Positions 50,416 to 63,326 are shown, counted from the stretch's first letter. The stretch is 64,000 bases of DNA from Mytilus trossulus (GCF_036588685.1 NC_086373.1:91388001-91452000), one strand, 5' to 3'. Numbers and translations: made by a program. Notes: a model not told the origin generated them from the letters alone.

Positions 50416-51880
50416 ATGAGGTAAGATCAATTTGTCTTTATTGTATCAGCATTAATTTCTAAAGTTTATTTGTTTGTGAATTGAATGAAACATCGTCGAA
50501 TACTTTATCATATTTTACTGAAAAGGGAATGTTTCGTGGTAGCTTCTTTAATACGATAAGAGTTTATTGGAATGTTTTGCTCTTTTTTTCAGGAAAAGTA
50601 AAAGTTACAGTTGCAACAAAAAATTAGAGTTTAAAACTGATTTCAATCTCAGGCAGACTTTTCTTCAAAGATCTCCATCTGACGATACCGTAAAAGATTT
50701 AACAACGCAACGGCAAACAAGTATAGAAACACCTAGTTTCAGGGAGATAGTTGAAGAAGATGAAATCGAAAAAGCTCCAGAAATTGACAAAATAGAAAAT
50801 ATAATAGAAGTTCATGATGAATCTGATGGTAATAAAACATCAAAGCCAAAACCCGTTGCATGCCTTGAATGTGTAAAACCCATACAGGTTTTTAAAAGAG
50901 ATGAAATAAAAAGAGGGGATCATATCAAATTCCATGGACGTATATATGATCACCATGCAATAGTAGTGGATATAATACATTCAAATAAGAAAGATCATAA
51001 AGTAACCGTAGAAATTGTACATGCATCAAACACGACAGTTGGTGCCATGTATTGCTGCTTACGGCCATTTAGTAGCATAGCAAAACTGTTACGTGAAACG
51101 AAACAAATAAATTTGAAAAAGAATAAAGTGATGGTATATAAATATTCAGACACAATTGAACATTTTTCGCCCGAAAGGATTGTTGAAAGGGCAAACACAG
51201 AGAGATCAAACCCGGGTTTCAAATACAACTTGCTAAATAATAACTGCGAGCATTTCGCAACACACTGCGTTACAGGAGAGAGTCTCAGCTTGCAAATAGG
51301 CAAAATAAGAATGATAAAGCGGCTATTTGTAAATCAAGGATTTCAAGGTATAAGTGATGAAGTTCTTCGAAACAAAATCTTACATGAAAAAGGAATGCTC
51401 TGTACACCGTGTTTCGAGAGAAATACACATTTATTAAATGTATCGAAAAAGTCGATAAAATCAAAAGTTGACTTGAACATCGGAGATATAATTACATACA
51501 AATATTACAGATGCTGGCATTCTGCTGTCGTACTTGAAATCAAACCACACGCTAGTTCACTGCAGTGTAAAATAGCTCATTACGCATTTCGTGGTTTGCA
51601 TAAACATAGAAAAATTCGAGAGGAAACGTTAAGAATTCCGTTCGATGGAAGTGTTAAAGTAACTGACTTTTCCAACACTAAGTATACTGTCTACGATCCA
51701 GAAGAGGTGATGAAAAGGGCTCGAAGAAAGCTTGGCGAAAAGCGTTATGTACATTTTTCAAATGATTCAAGTCATTTTGCCCGTTGGTGTAAACTTGAAT
51801 TATACAGAAATCGACTTATCAGTAAACATAAAGGACACACACAAAACACTTCGAATGTTATCAACCTTAAGTTGACTTGA
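50416..51880 (+). CDS. Tandem double LRAT/PLAAT-like domain protein, copy 3; join(50416..50420,50593..51880), 430 aa, starts MRKSKSYSCNKK
   Basis: Same motifs (NNNCEHFATHC; CWHSAVV; NDSSHFARWC). ATGAG|GTAAGA donor and TCTTTTTTTCAG acceptor join in frame. Confidence 0.9.
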
Positions 51881-52574
51881 TGCACTAGCAGTACGCATCA
51901 CAGAAGAAGACAACACATGTTAAAAGGATTTTCATTGGTTTCCTTTAATAGATTTGGTTTGAACATAAACCTAGATATTAGTTATAAGGGTTGTATGGTG
52001 AGGGGTAGTAGCTATGTATTTGCAATTTTTGAAAATCAGTGACTATATTTCATTGAAACTGCAATAAAATAGTAAGTAATTACAGAAATTTGTAGCTCTT
52101 GTTTTATAATCGCACCAGACTGATTTTTTTGTTTTCCATAGTTTTTTTTCAAGTTGTAACAGGTATGTTCCATCATAATGAAGTGCATGTTCTCTTGTGT
52201 TATTACCAGACTGTTAAAGTTGTAAATGTGTTACCAGGTTGTTGTTATAACATAGTCCTGCTAGAGATAATAACAACAAGAACAACATGTAGAAAGCACT
52301 AGACAATCACTATTTATGGAATAGAAAACAAAGGATATAGTGTATGAATTTATGATACACAATCTCTACACACACTAAAGGCAAATGAACATCATTTGTA
52401 TTAATGTTCTTCGTCAAAAATTGTGCGCAATTAATTTTTTACTGACACGTCCACAGAGACTGATCTATAAACTGTATTGTTGATAGAATATCAGATATAT
52501 TGTTGATAAAAGTAATATGAATTCTTAACGCATCTTTTTGTTTTAACCGAATGCTTTGAGGTTTCGAAATACTG

Positions 52575-52785
52575 TATCACTAGCCTGTCAACACAGGTTG
52601 TGAGTTCACATCCCTCACGTAATACTCCAATCTTAATTGACTAGAATTGTAAGTTTTCCTAACGTAGGGTTGGTGGTTTTATCAAGGCACTCATGCTTCC
52701 TCCACCAATACAAACTGATCACCACGAAAAGTACTGAAATTGCTGAAAGTTGCGTCAAAAACCAAACAATAATTCAATCAATCAT
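52575..52785 (+). mobile_element. Degenerate tRNA-derived SINE (related 3' parts at about 34335-34430 and 17815-17920)
   Basis: GGTTGTGAGTTC.. B-box-like segment, TTCCTCCACCAATA.AA.ACTG..C.CCACGA body, (CAAT)n tail. Confidence 0.55.
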
Positions 52786-53586
52786 CCATACCGATATAAA
52801 AATGTATGGTAAGAAAATGTTTAAAGCTATTGTTATGAAATACTTTTTTAAACTGACTGTATTTAATTCGTATAGGAAAAAAAAGGTAAAGCGGCAATTC
52901 AAAAAAGAGGGAATTCATATGCCGGTTTAACTATTTTTGCAGTATATTATCATATTTTCGAAACAACATTATAATTTGTCTGCTAGCTCCTGTATTCAAA
53001 GGATATTGAATGGATCTAAATCTTCTTCCAAAAGTTTAAAAAGTTCTCTTTTTATTACGTATTTTGAAAATTGTGTGCATATATAAACCTATTTTGACAT
53101 GAGGCAGCTACGACGTTCTGTACAATACTTAGTTATATGTAAAAAAAAAAAAAAAGACAGAAAAAAAAGATACTATATTCTGACTTTAAAACTGATTGTA
53201 TCTGATTATGTGTCAAATATTATTCCATTCGAATTATTTTAATATACAATACAAATAATGAGACGTGATTTTAAATGATTTTTTTTTTCAAAAAGGTATC
53301 AAACATAGACAAGATATCATGACTTTACGTCAAAACAATATCCGAATAAGATTATAATTATATTGATTTTATCAATTTCAAACCGTGGGAAATAAATTGT
53401 TATTACAAAAGTCTCGTCAATTTCTCATAGAGTATGACCGACCAAATTAGACTTATCACCGAATGTGTACTCACACGTGCAACACAACGGGTGTCACATA
53501 TGGAGTAGAATCCCATTACTCCTCCGGAGCTCCTGAGATAACTGTGTTGAATTATTTGCCATTCGTTGTTTTTTGATTGTTTTTCC

Positions 53587-55037
53587 TTTTTAGCTCACCT
53601 GGCCAGAAGGTCAAGTGATCTTTTCTCATCACTTGGCGTCCGTCGTCCGTCGTCGTCGTTCTGCGTCCTGCGTCCGTCGTCGTTAACTTTTACAAAAATC
53701 TTCTCCTCTGAAACTACTGGGCCAAATTAAACCAAACTTGGCCACAATCATCATTGATATATCTAGTTTAAAATTTGTGTTTTGTTACCCCGCCAACCAA
53801 CCGAGATGGCCGCCATGGCTAAAAATAGAACATAGGGGTAACATGCAGTTTTTGGCTTATTACTCAAAAACCAAAGCATTGAGAGCAAATCTGACATGGG
53901 GTAAATTTGTTTATCTGGTCAAGATCTATCTGCCCCTGAAATTTTTAGATGAATCAGACAACCCATTGTTGGGTTGCTGCCCTAAATTGGTAATGTTAAG
54001 GAAATTTTACTGTTTTTGGTTATTATCTTGAATATTATTATAGATGGAGATAAACTGTAAAGAGCAATAATGTTCAGCAAAGTAAGATTTACAAATAAGT
54101 CAACATGATCAGTTGACCCTTTTAGGAGTTATTGCCCTTTATAGTCAATGTTTAACCTTTTTTCGTAAATCTCCATGATCTTTTACAAAAATCTTCTCCT
54201 TTGAAACTACCGGGCCAAATTAATCCAAACTTGGCCACAATCATCATTGATGTATCTAGTTTAAAATTTGTGTTTTGTTACCCGGCCAACCAACCAAGAT
54301 GACCGCCATGGCTAAAAATAGAACATAGGTGTAAAATGCAGTTTTTGGCTTATAACTCAAAAACCAAAACATTTAGAGCAAATCTGACATGAATAAAATT
54401 GTTTATCTGGTGAAGATCTATCTGCCCTGTAATTTTTAAATGAATCAGACAACCCATTGTTGGGTTGCTGCCCCTAAATTGGTAATTTTAAGGAAATTTT
54501 ACTTTTTTTTGGTTATTATCTTGAATATTATTATAGATGGAGATAAACTGTAAACAGCAATAATGTTCAGCAAGGTAAGATTTACAAATAAAAGGACCCG
54601 GCATACTAACCAAGATGGCTGCCACGGCTAAAAATAGACGTTGGAGTAAAATGCGGTTTTTGGCTTATAACTCAATAACCAAAGCATTTAAAGCAAATCT
54701 GACAGAGGGTTAAATTGTTTATCAGGTCAAGATCTATCAGCCCTGACATTTTCAGATGAATCTGACAACCTGTTGCTAGGTTGATGCCCTTGAATTGATA
54801 ATTTTAAGGAAATTTTTGCTGTTTTGGGTATTTATTTTGAATATTATTATAGATAGAGATAAGCTGTTAACAGAAAAAAATGTTCAACAAAGTAAGATCA
54901 TCAAATAAGTCAGCATGACCAAAATGGTCAATTGACCCCCTAAGGAAATATAGCCCTTTTTAGTCAATTTTTTAATTTTTTTGTAAAATTTGTAAATTTT
55001 CACTTACATTTCCACTGAAGCTATTGGGCCAAGTTCA
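53587..55037. mobile_element. Inverted copy of the HINE family at 3602-4872 with about 3 internal units
   Basis: TTTTTAGCTCACCTGGCC..GGTCAAGTGA hairpin, (CGTC)n tract, about 490-bp repeats. Confidence 0.8.
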
Positions 55038-56764
55038 TCAGACCTTCAAAAAGGAACATGTAAAATAGTACAAGACCCGGTCTTTTTTTGTTATTTTGTG
55101 GTTTTTTTCTTATCTAAATTGGATTAAAATTGCATTAAGATATAACATAGATTAAGAAGAAAATGTCTTTGGCGCAAAACTTTAAACTTCAGTGCACAAA
55201 AATGTCGTATAGGTTATATGCTGTTGCAGTAAGTGGTCAGTACCTTAACAAAATCTCATCGCAATAAATGAATGATTTGAATATTTTTAATTGGCCTTTC
55301 ATCCACTTGTGTGGCTCTCCTGGTATACATATTTTTTTCAATTTAGTAGCACAGTTAACAGTCATGAAGTAATTCCTCAAACAATGGAAAATATCTACAA
55401 AAGAACAGGATTTCATTTTAAGGACATTTTCCAGAGATTTAGTTACACCAGCATTTCTTATATATCAACAGCTAAGCAAGACAATTTAAAGACTAAAACT
55501 ACAATAAAAACAAATCCCATGCAGCCAACTGTTGAACACTTTGCATATTAATGACGATCCAAGTACACAAGGAAAGACACGGGGACAACATTCCAAATTC
55601 GTAAATTGTCAAGTGTTATTTAATATTGCTTTTAATACGTAAATTGGTAACTGTGTAATTCCAAAATGCTTAATTAATAAATTGTCAATTTCTTACTTGT
55701 AACTGTGCAATTCGTACATTCATGATATGTATATTTGTAATTCGTTGATTTTTCATTTTTTTATGGACCTCCCTTATTTAGTTTATCTTGGTATTTAGTA
55801 TTTGTCGTATACTTCTTTATACTCAATAACTGAAACCATTTATCAGGTTATTGTACACATATTCACTTCAAATTTGAGGTTTCACACATGCAGTTTTGAT
55901 CTCTGTCTTGAAAACTATTATCGAGAGACAGCAACTGTTTACAGCAATAACGATAACTAGCGTTTCAAGATATACACACACAAAAAAACGGCAAAAAATA
56001 CGAAAAGCAGTAATCGACTCCTCAAATAAAATATTTTCCTTACTACCAGCTATTGGATATAGAGCTTTTTAGTTAAATCAAATATTGAAACAAACACATC
56101 ATGTTGAACAAAATCTCGAAACATTATAACGTAATGTTAAAGCCGTATAACGAATTAGCAAATTATCATTACGACCAAAAGACACAGCAAATATGTTATC
56201 AAGGTCAATTCAGTATGTTGTTCAATCGTCAGCAAGAGTATGAACTCTTCATGAGTAGTACTGGAATGTCATTTCAATGACAGTTTGAGGAACAATCAGA
56301 GATTGATTATATATATCATTACAAATACAACCTGCCCGAAACAATTTACGGATATGAAATTAGTAGTTTGCATTGTATATCTTTTTACACTATTCTTCAA
56401 TAGATTTGGGTGATCAATTTTCAAATAACTGCATGAACTACAAGTTTAATAACAAACACAGTTATGTCTATTGCACAAATACGTAATCCTACTGGTCGAA
56501 AGGCAGTAACTGTCACTGTTTGTCAGTATTAATTATCTATCTTCTTAATGTGAGAAAATTAAAAGTCTATGATAAGGAAAGTGGTTACCAAAAATACTGT
56601 AATAGTTCAAGTGGTCAGTGTTTAATTTTTTGGGAAATTTACTTTATAGCAGTTTTTGTAAGACGTGAAAACCAATTACCGTCATTCTATATTAATTGAA
56701 GTTAGATGGCTTTAAGTTAGGTCTTTATTGTTTTCAAAGGCATCATAATTATCATTTAATACAC

Positions 56765-56945
56765 AAGGCGCGCGTTTCGTCTACATAAGACTCCATCAGT
56801 GAGCTCAGATCAAGTAACCCTCAGATCAAAATAGTTATTAAGTACAAAGTTGAAGAGCATTGAGGATTAAAAATTCCAAAAGTTTTTGTGCCAAATACGG
56901 ATAAGGTAATCTCTACCTGGGATAAAAACTTCCTTAGTATTTCGA
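56765..56945 (-). mobile_element. Retrozyme-family fragment with disrupted hammerhead core
   Basis: Homologous to 9505-9645. The core reads CTGATGGA (1-nt insertion) on the minus strand. Confidence 0.65.
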
Positions 56946-59900
56946 AAAAAAATTATACTTAACCTATTCTTACAAAATGAGGAGTATTAACTTTTTATAT
57001 AAAAAGTCATCAATAAATTTGGATATTTATAAATGAATAATTTTTATCGTAGAGTGTTGTCCTGATAATACAGGAGTTGTCTTTCTTTGCTTATCTCGGC
57101 AAACGTGGGGTTATACTTATTGCTGAATCAATATAACCGGACCAAATGAAAATGCTAATAACTTTTCATGTCTCAAAATATTTATCTCATATATGAAATA
57201 TAATGAGATTGCATTGTTTAATACATAAATATATGGAGAAAAAACGAAAGCAAATATTCAAAGCTTGGCCTTGATGAGGTGAAATGATATTTTGTAGGCG
57301 ATTGTTTTATCATTTGCACATCACTCCCATGGAGCACACTGCTCTTTCGTCTGCCGAAGAAATATTACATTACATACAAAACTAGACACGACCTATTATG
57401 TTTCATATAAGGAGATTTATGGTTTTAATCGGTGGGACTGAAATCCAGCAACAAAATGAAAAGTTTTTTGGCGTTCGATTTAGATCATTATATTTTTATT
57501 TTTTAGATGATAAGACTATAACATTATTGTCACAACTAAGAAACAGAAGACGGAATTATCGTTACGACAATAGGAATAAAACAATTGTCATCAGTGAAAC
57601 GGACGGTCTATAACGGTCAACCTTCTCAGGATGACGTTTGTTTTGAACAGAGGTATACTACTGTTGCCTTTATTTGTAAGACTTTTGAAGGAGTAACTTC
57701 AACAATTAGAATCGATGAATCAAACGTTTCCTTGAAAGCAAAAACTCATTTTAGGAAACGTAAACTCATGAATACCGTATCAACTGTGAGATAAATACTC
57801 AGTATGCAGTCGCTGCTTGTTTGGACCTTGCATACACTCCTTTCTACTATCTGTTCTTGAAATTTAATATCAGCCAACACACTTCTGCCTTCGTGTTTTG
57901 GCAAAAAAAACATACTGTTTAGTCGTCTATAAAAGGCCCCGACATGAAAAATATGGGACAGTTCAATTGAGAAAACCAAAGGCCTAATTCATAACAAAAT
58001 CAAAACAAATATGACGGACATGAAACATCGAAAACCACTTAACTACAGGCTCTTGGCAAAGGACATGCACATAAATAAAGAATAATGCGGGATTTCAAAC
58101 TAACATGTATATTTAACATATGAAAAGCAGGTATAGCTAACCTGATTGACCCGAATTTTTAAACTTTTACAAAAAAATAAAATTAATGTTCTACAGTTTA
58201 TTTGAATAATTTCTGCATTTATCATCCTGTGAATATTTGATATTTGAAACTTGAAACTAGACATATGTAAACAACCAATCAACCAATCAATTTATGATAA
58301 AATCATCCCCAAATTTTAAGCAGATGAAATATCTAATGTAATGAAATATTTAAATGAGAAAGAATATTTCTTAAACTTATCACAAAAAAACTGTTGTACA
58401 AGTGAGAGGTTAAGCTAGTCAGGGTTTAACCAACTATAGTATTTGGAAACTGCCTGTTACAAGTGGAATTTGACATTTGTTTTTATTTCGTTACATTGGA
58501 TGATAGTGTTTGATTTGATCAGTTTGTATGGGCGTCTCCCCCCTTTTTCAAATTTAATATTTATCTTATAATTGAAACATAACCTTAATACACTATAACT
58601 CTTTTTTTAAAATATCAAACAATAATTTATAATAATGAAATTGACAAAATTTCAAAACCAGATATTAGTATGTTGAGGAAGACAAATTATTAAATGTCTG
58701 ACAGTAGGAAATAGAAAAACTCTTCTTGAAAGATTGCATCATTTCCGTTCTTTCATGTGAAAAAGTTATTTTCCCAAATTAAATAAATAATAACATTTGT
58801 CAAAATCTATTCCTGTTTGAAACAATAACAAGAGCAACATAAAGAATGTGTTTCCTTTTGTACCTACAAAAAGTTCGTTGTTATTATTTTATGTACATGT
58901 TAAAAATTGTCGATTTAAAAAAACACAATAATATTTGACCTTGAGATTATAAGATCCAATTGAGGAAATTCATTTGAACTTTAAAGTATGTTACATTTAT
59001 TTTAAAACACAATTCAAACTGTAGTACGTTTAAAGATTTAATATATCCGTTTCAGTAATGTAAATTATGTATAAATATACAACAGTAGTATACCGCTGTA
59101 CGAAAGTTATAAATCGATTGAGAGAAAAAACAAATCCAGGTTGCATTGGTTCATATCATAACATTTGTTGTTTTCTGTTTAGTGTGAAGTTTGTATCAAT
59201 TATGGTTCAATATAATTTATATGACAATTAAAGACAAAAGAAAGACAGCTTATTTTTATCTCACACTTTTTGTGTTTATTTTTTATATATGTGTTTGGTT
59301 TTTTTTTATAGTGAGTAAAATTATAACACAATGGCTCTTCCCATTTTTTTTAAATTTTTACCTATGTTTTTGTTTTTTTTGTTCATACATCCTTGTCAAC
59401 ATAATGAAATTTTAACCGAACGGCTATACAAGTGGGTGTTTTAAATGGCGATAAAATCAAGTTAAAACCACAATAATCTATATAAGAAAATTCCTCTACC
59501 AAGTGAGGAATATGACAGTTGTTATCCATTTGTTTGAGCTTTTGGTTTTGCGTTTTGAGTAGGGACTTTTTTAATAGGACGTATTAATTTTTGAAACAGG
59601 ATAACTACACACACCTAAGACAAATGAACATCGTCTGTATTGATGTTCTTCATAAAAAAAACATGCAGTGAGCACAGCTTTTTGTTTAAATACACGTCCA
59701 CTAGACATACCAAATACAAAATGTATGTTAAAAATAATAAAATCAGAAATATTTTTATTGTCTGTTATAAAAGTTTTTTTCTTATTTCTTTTTTAATTAC
59801 AAAGTATTAGTCGCTTCCTTTCAGAATATACTTGTTCTTACGTTGGTAATCAAAGTTTGACTAATCATTGCATTTTCTTCAAAATGTGATTATTTCTATA

Positions 59901-61470
59901 AAGAGTCGAGAAATCAAACCTAAACTACGAGAAAAGACATTGTCAAACATATTTTTTTTTTCATACTGTCAAAACTATTCTAAATGAAAGTTATGCTTTA
60001 AAAGAAGAATGCACTATTCTATTATCATTGATTTGAATATGTCAGGCTCTTTCCTTTAATGCATTGAAAAGAATGCTATATCACATATACCAAAAACGTA
60101 TCGGTATTATAAACGTGATATTTGATTAATGAAAAAAATTAACACATACGAACATGAACATTCTTCGCCTGCTTAGGTTTCGATTTAAATCATAATGAAA
60201 ACGAAACTCAGTGTATACCCTGCATTCACCTTAGACAATTATTATGTTTTAATAATTCAAAAACATTTGTTATTTTAGTACATTTTATTTATTTTCTTTT
60301 CAAAGAAAGCAATACCGAATCATGCTTGTGTTTTATCTAAAAAACGAATTGATTATCATGATCATGATCATGCTGATATGAAAAAAATGTGCAAATAAAA
60401 AACAGCAACAGAACACTCACACCACATATTTGACACGAGGAGGAACGTGTAAATAACACAGCTCCCTGAGTACCGTCCCTTGGTGTCTGTTGCAGAATGG
60501 AAACATACACTATTCTAAATATCTGTTCCTGCAGTATATTTATTTGCTGTGAATATACATGAACTTTTTACGTTTGTATATGTTTTTCTGCATCAGATAC
60601 GAGGAGGATTGTTAGACCTTTTAAGATCAGAATCCTACAGCATCGTCCCTTGGTGTCTGTTGCAGCTAAACAATCATTTGTATTTATACATTTCCAGCAA
60701 ATATAATAAAATCAAGTGAGAAAAAAAATTAATAATAAAAGAATAAAAAAATAAGTAAATAAATTTAAAAAAAAGTTTGCCACATCTCTAGAGTAGCAAC
60801 TCTTGAATACTTTTTTATTTAACAAACAATACCTATATGACTTTATTTCATTAGATTATTTTACAATGGTATTTAAACTCATGAAGTTGTATCAATTATA
60901 TATGTTATGTGTATATGCCCCCCCCCCCCCCCCTTGGGGACCTAATTTGAAAAATAAAATTTATCTTATCTTATCTTATCTTGTCTTATATGTAGATCAA
61001 GACTGATATAACTTTTAATGCGACCAAGATAACTGAACGTCTTATGCATGGCTTTGAACAGGTTTTTATACCTGGCGTTTACTTTTTGAGAGTATTACCT
61101 GACTATACAATCTTCTTTACTCCACCATTATCATTGAGGAAATGTCTGTACCAAGTCCGGAATATGACAGTTGTTTTGTGTGTTTGATCTTTTGATTTTG
61201 TCATTTGAAAAGGTACTTTCCGTTTTGAATTTTTCACATGGATAGGCTTTATTACTTTTTACAAGCTTCTGGCATATACAACACATTTATTTATAGAGCA
61301 CCAGGCTAACAATAAATGTATAATATCAACAAAAACAAGGACATAACTGCACCTTTTTTACACCTGTAAACACATTAAAATGTTTTAACTATATAACAAT
61401 TTACCTGGTAACTGACGTTATTCAAGTTGGGACATTTACTAGTAGACACGAAGACTATTTAAGTATAAAA

Positions 61471-63326
61471 ATGTGGTAAGATTCAATTTTCTCTTATCGT
61501 TTTTTTTTCTTTTTTCTTGTTGGTGTATTTGTCTGTTTTGTGACTGCTGTATTAAAAAGTATCGAATAGCATAAATATAAAGATCAAATATTTGGACGTA
61601 GTCAGAAAGAATAAAAACAGAAAGTAGTACACATTTTAAACAAAATAGTTCATACGCATAGCGTGTTCCTTTGTCAATAAGTAAGGTATTTGGGAAACAA
61701 ATATTAAATGGAATCTTAAGGACTTAGGATCCCAGTGGAACACTTGAAAGTTTCTTTAGAATAATAATAAAACTATATGAAATACAATAGGAGGGCACAT
61801 TTGTTATTCAGATCAGAAGCACCTGTTTTTGTACTACCAAACTACTTGGAACATTTGCGCTCTAATATGCAATTGAAGATATTTTAAATTTTTCAGTCCA
61901 AGTCAGGATAATATATAGTTTTGACATGAAATGTCTGCTACTTTTTTTAAATTCAGGCAAAAAAACCGTTATTGCTCGCAGTTGTGGAATTTATCAGAGA
62001 AAGGAATTGGCTATGAAAAATTCGTGGTTTTATTTCTAAGATCAATTTAATTACGTAAAAAGAGATTGGGGTTACTGCATTTTTCTTTTTTTTAGGAAGA
62101 GTATAAAGAACAAAAGGAACAAATTCAAAACAATATGGACTGGGAATGATTATGAAATTAGACACAGTAACCAACAACGATCTCCATCTGAAGGAACGGT
62201 CAAAGTTTTAACACTGCAACGTACCGTATTAGAAGAACCTGAAGATGATGAAATTACAGAATATCCCGAAATTGAGGAATCTAACAAAATAGAAGAAACT
62301 AGAGATAAGTACGATGATCTTGATGGTAGAAAAACACAAAAGACAAAACCTGTGGCATGCCTTGAATGTGTGAAACCGATTCAGGTTTTCACAAGTGACG
62401 AAATAAAAATAGGAGATCACGTCAAATTCCATGGACGAATATATGATCACCATGCAATTGTTGTAGATGTTAAATCTTCGAATGAAAAAGATCATAAAGT
62501 AGACTTAGAATTGGTACATGCATCAAACACGACAGCTGGTGCAATATATAATTGTATAAAACCGTTTGGTAACAAAGCTAAATTGTTGAGAGAAACAAAA
62601 CGAATAAATTTAAAGAAGATAAAAGTTATGGTGTATAAATATTCGGATACTATTGAACATTTTTCGCCAAAAGAGATTGTCAGTAGAGCAGTCACAACGA
62701 AATCCAATCCTGATTTCAAATACAACTTGCTACATAATAACTGTGAGCATTTTACAACATGGTGCGTTACAGGACAGGGTCTCAGCTTACAAATCCGAAA
62801 GATACGAATGGTAAAGGGACTTTTTGCAAATCAAGGATTTCAAGGTATCGGTGACGAAGTTCTTCGAAATAAAATCGAATGTGAAAAGGGAATGCTATGT
62901 GCACTGTGTTTCGAGAGAAATCGAAAATTGTTAAATGTCCCAAAACAACCAATCAAATCAAAAAAGGATGTGGAGATTGGAGATATAATTACATATACGT
63001 ACTACAGATGTTGGCATACTGCCGTCGTGCTTGAAATCATAGCACACGACAAATCACTGCAGTGTAAAATAGCTCATTATGCATTTCGTGGTTTACATAG
63101 AGATAGAAAAATTAGACAGGAAACATTAAGAATTCCGTTAGATGGTAGTGTAAAAGTAACTGACTTCTCTAACACTGATTATACTGTCTATGATCCAGAA
63201 GAAGTGGTTGAAAGGGCTCGAAGTAAGCTTGGCGAAAAACGTTATGATCATTTTTCGAACGATTCAAGTCATTTTGCTCGATGGTGTAAACTTAAATTGT
63301 ACAGAAAGCGATATTCAATGGAATAA
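61471..63326 (+). CDS. Tandem double LRAT/PLAAT-like domain protein, copy 4; join(61471..61475,62096..63326), 411 aa, starts MWKSIKNKRNK
   Basis: The frame is open from the acceptor at 62095 (TTTTTTTAG|G AAG AGT ATA...) into the ORF-track ORF 62352..63326, encoding the same N-terminal QQRSPSE motif as copy 1. ATGTG|GTAAGA donor at 61476. Motifs HNNCEHFTTWC and NDSSHFARWC. Confidence 0.88.

Noticed and set aside
60432-60612. HDV-like ribozyme suggested by CCTCCTCGT on the minus strand
   Set aside because: The P3 strands flanking UCCUCGU do not pair, and I found no P1/P1.1/P2 arrangement.
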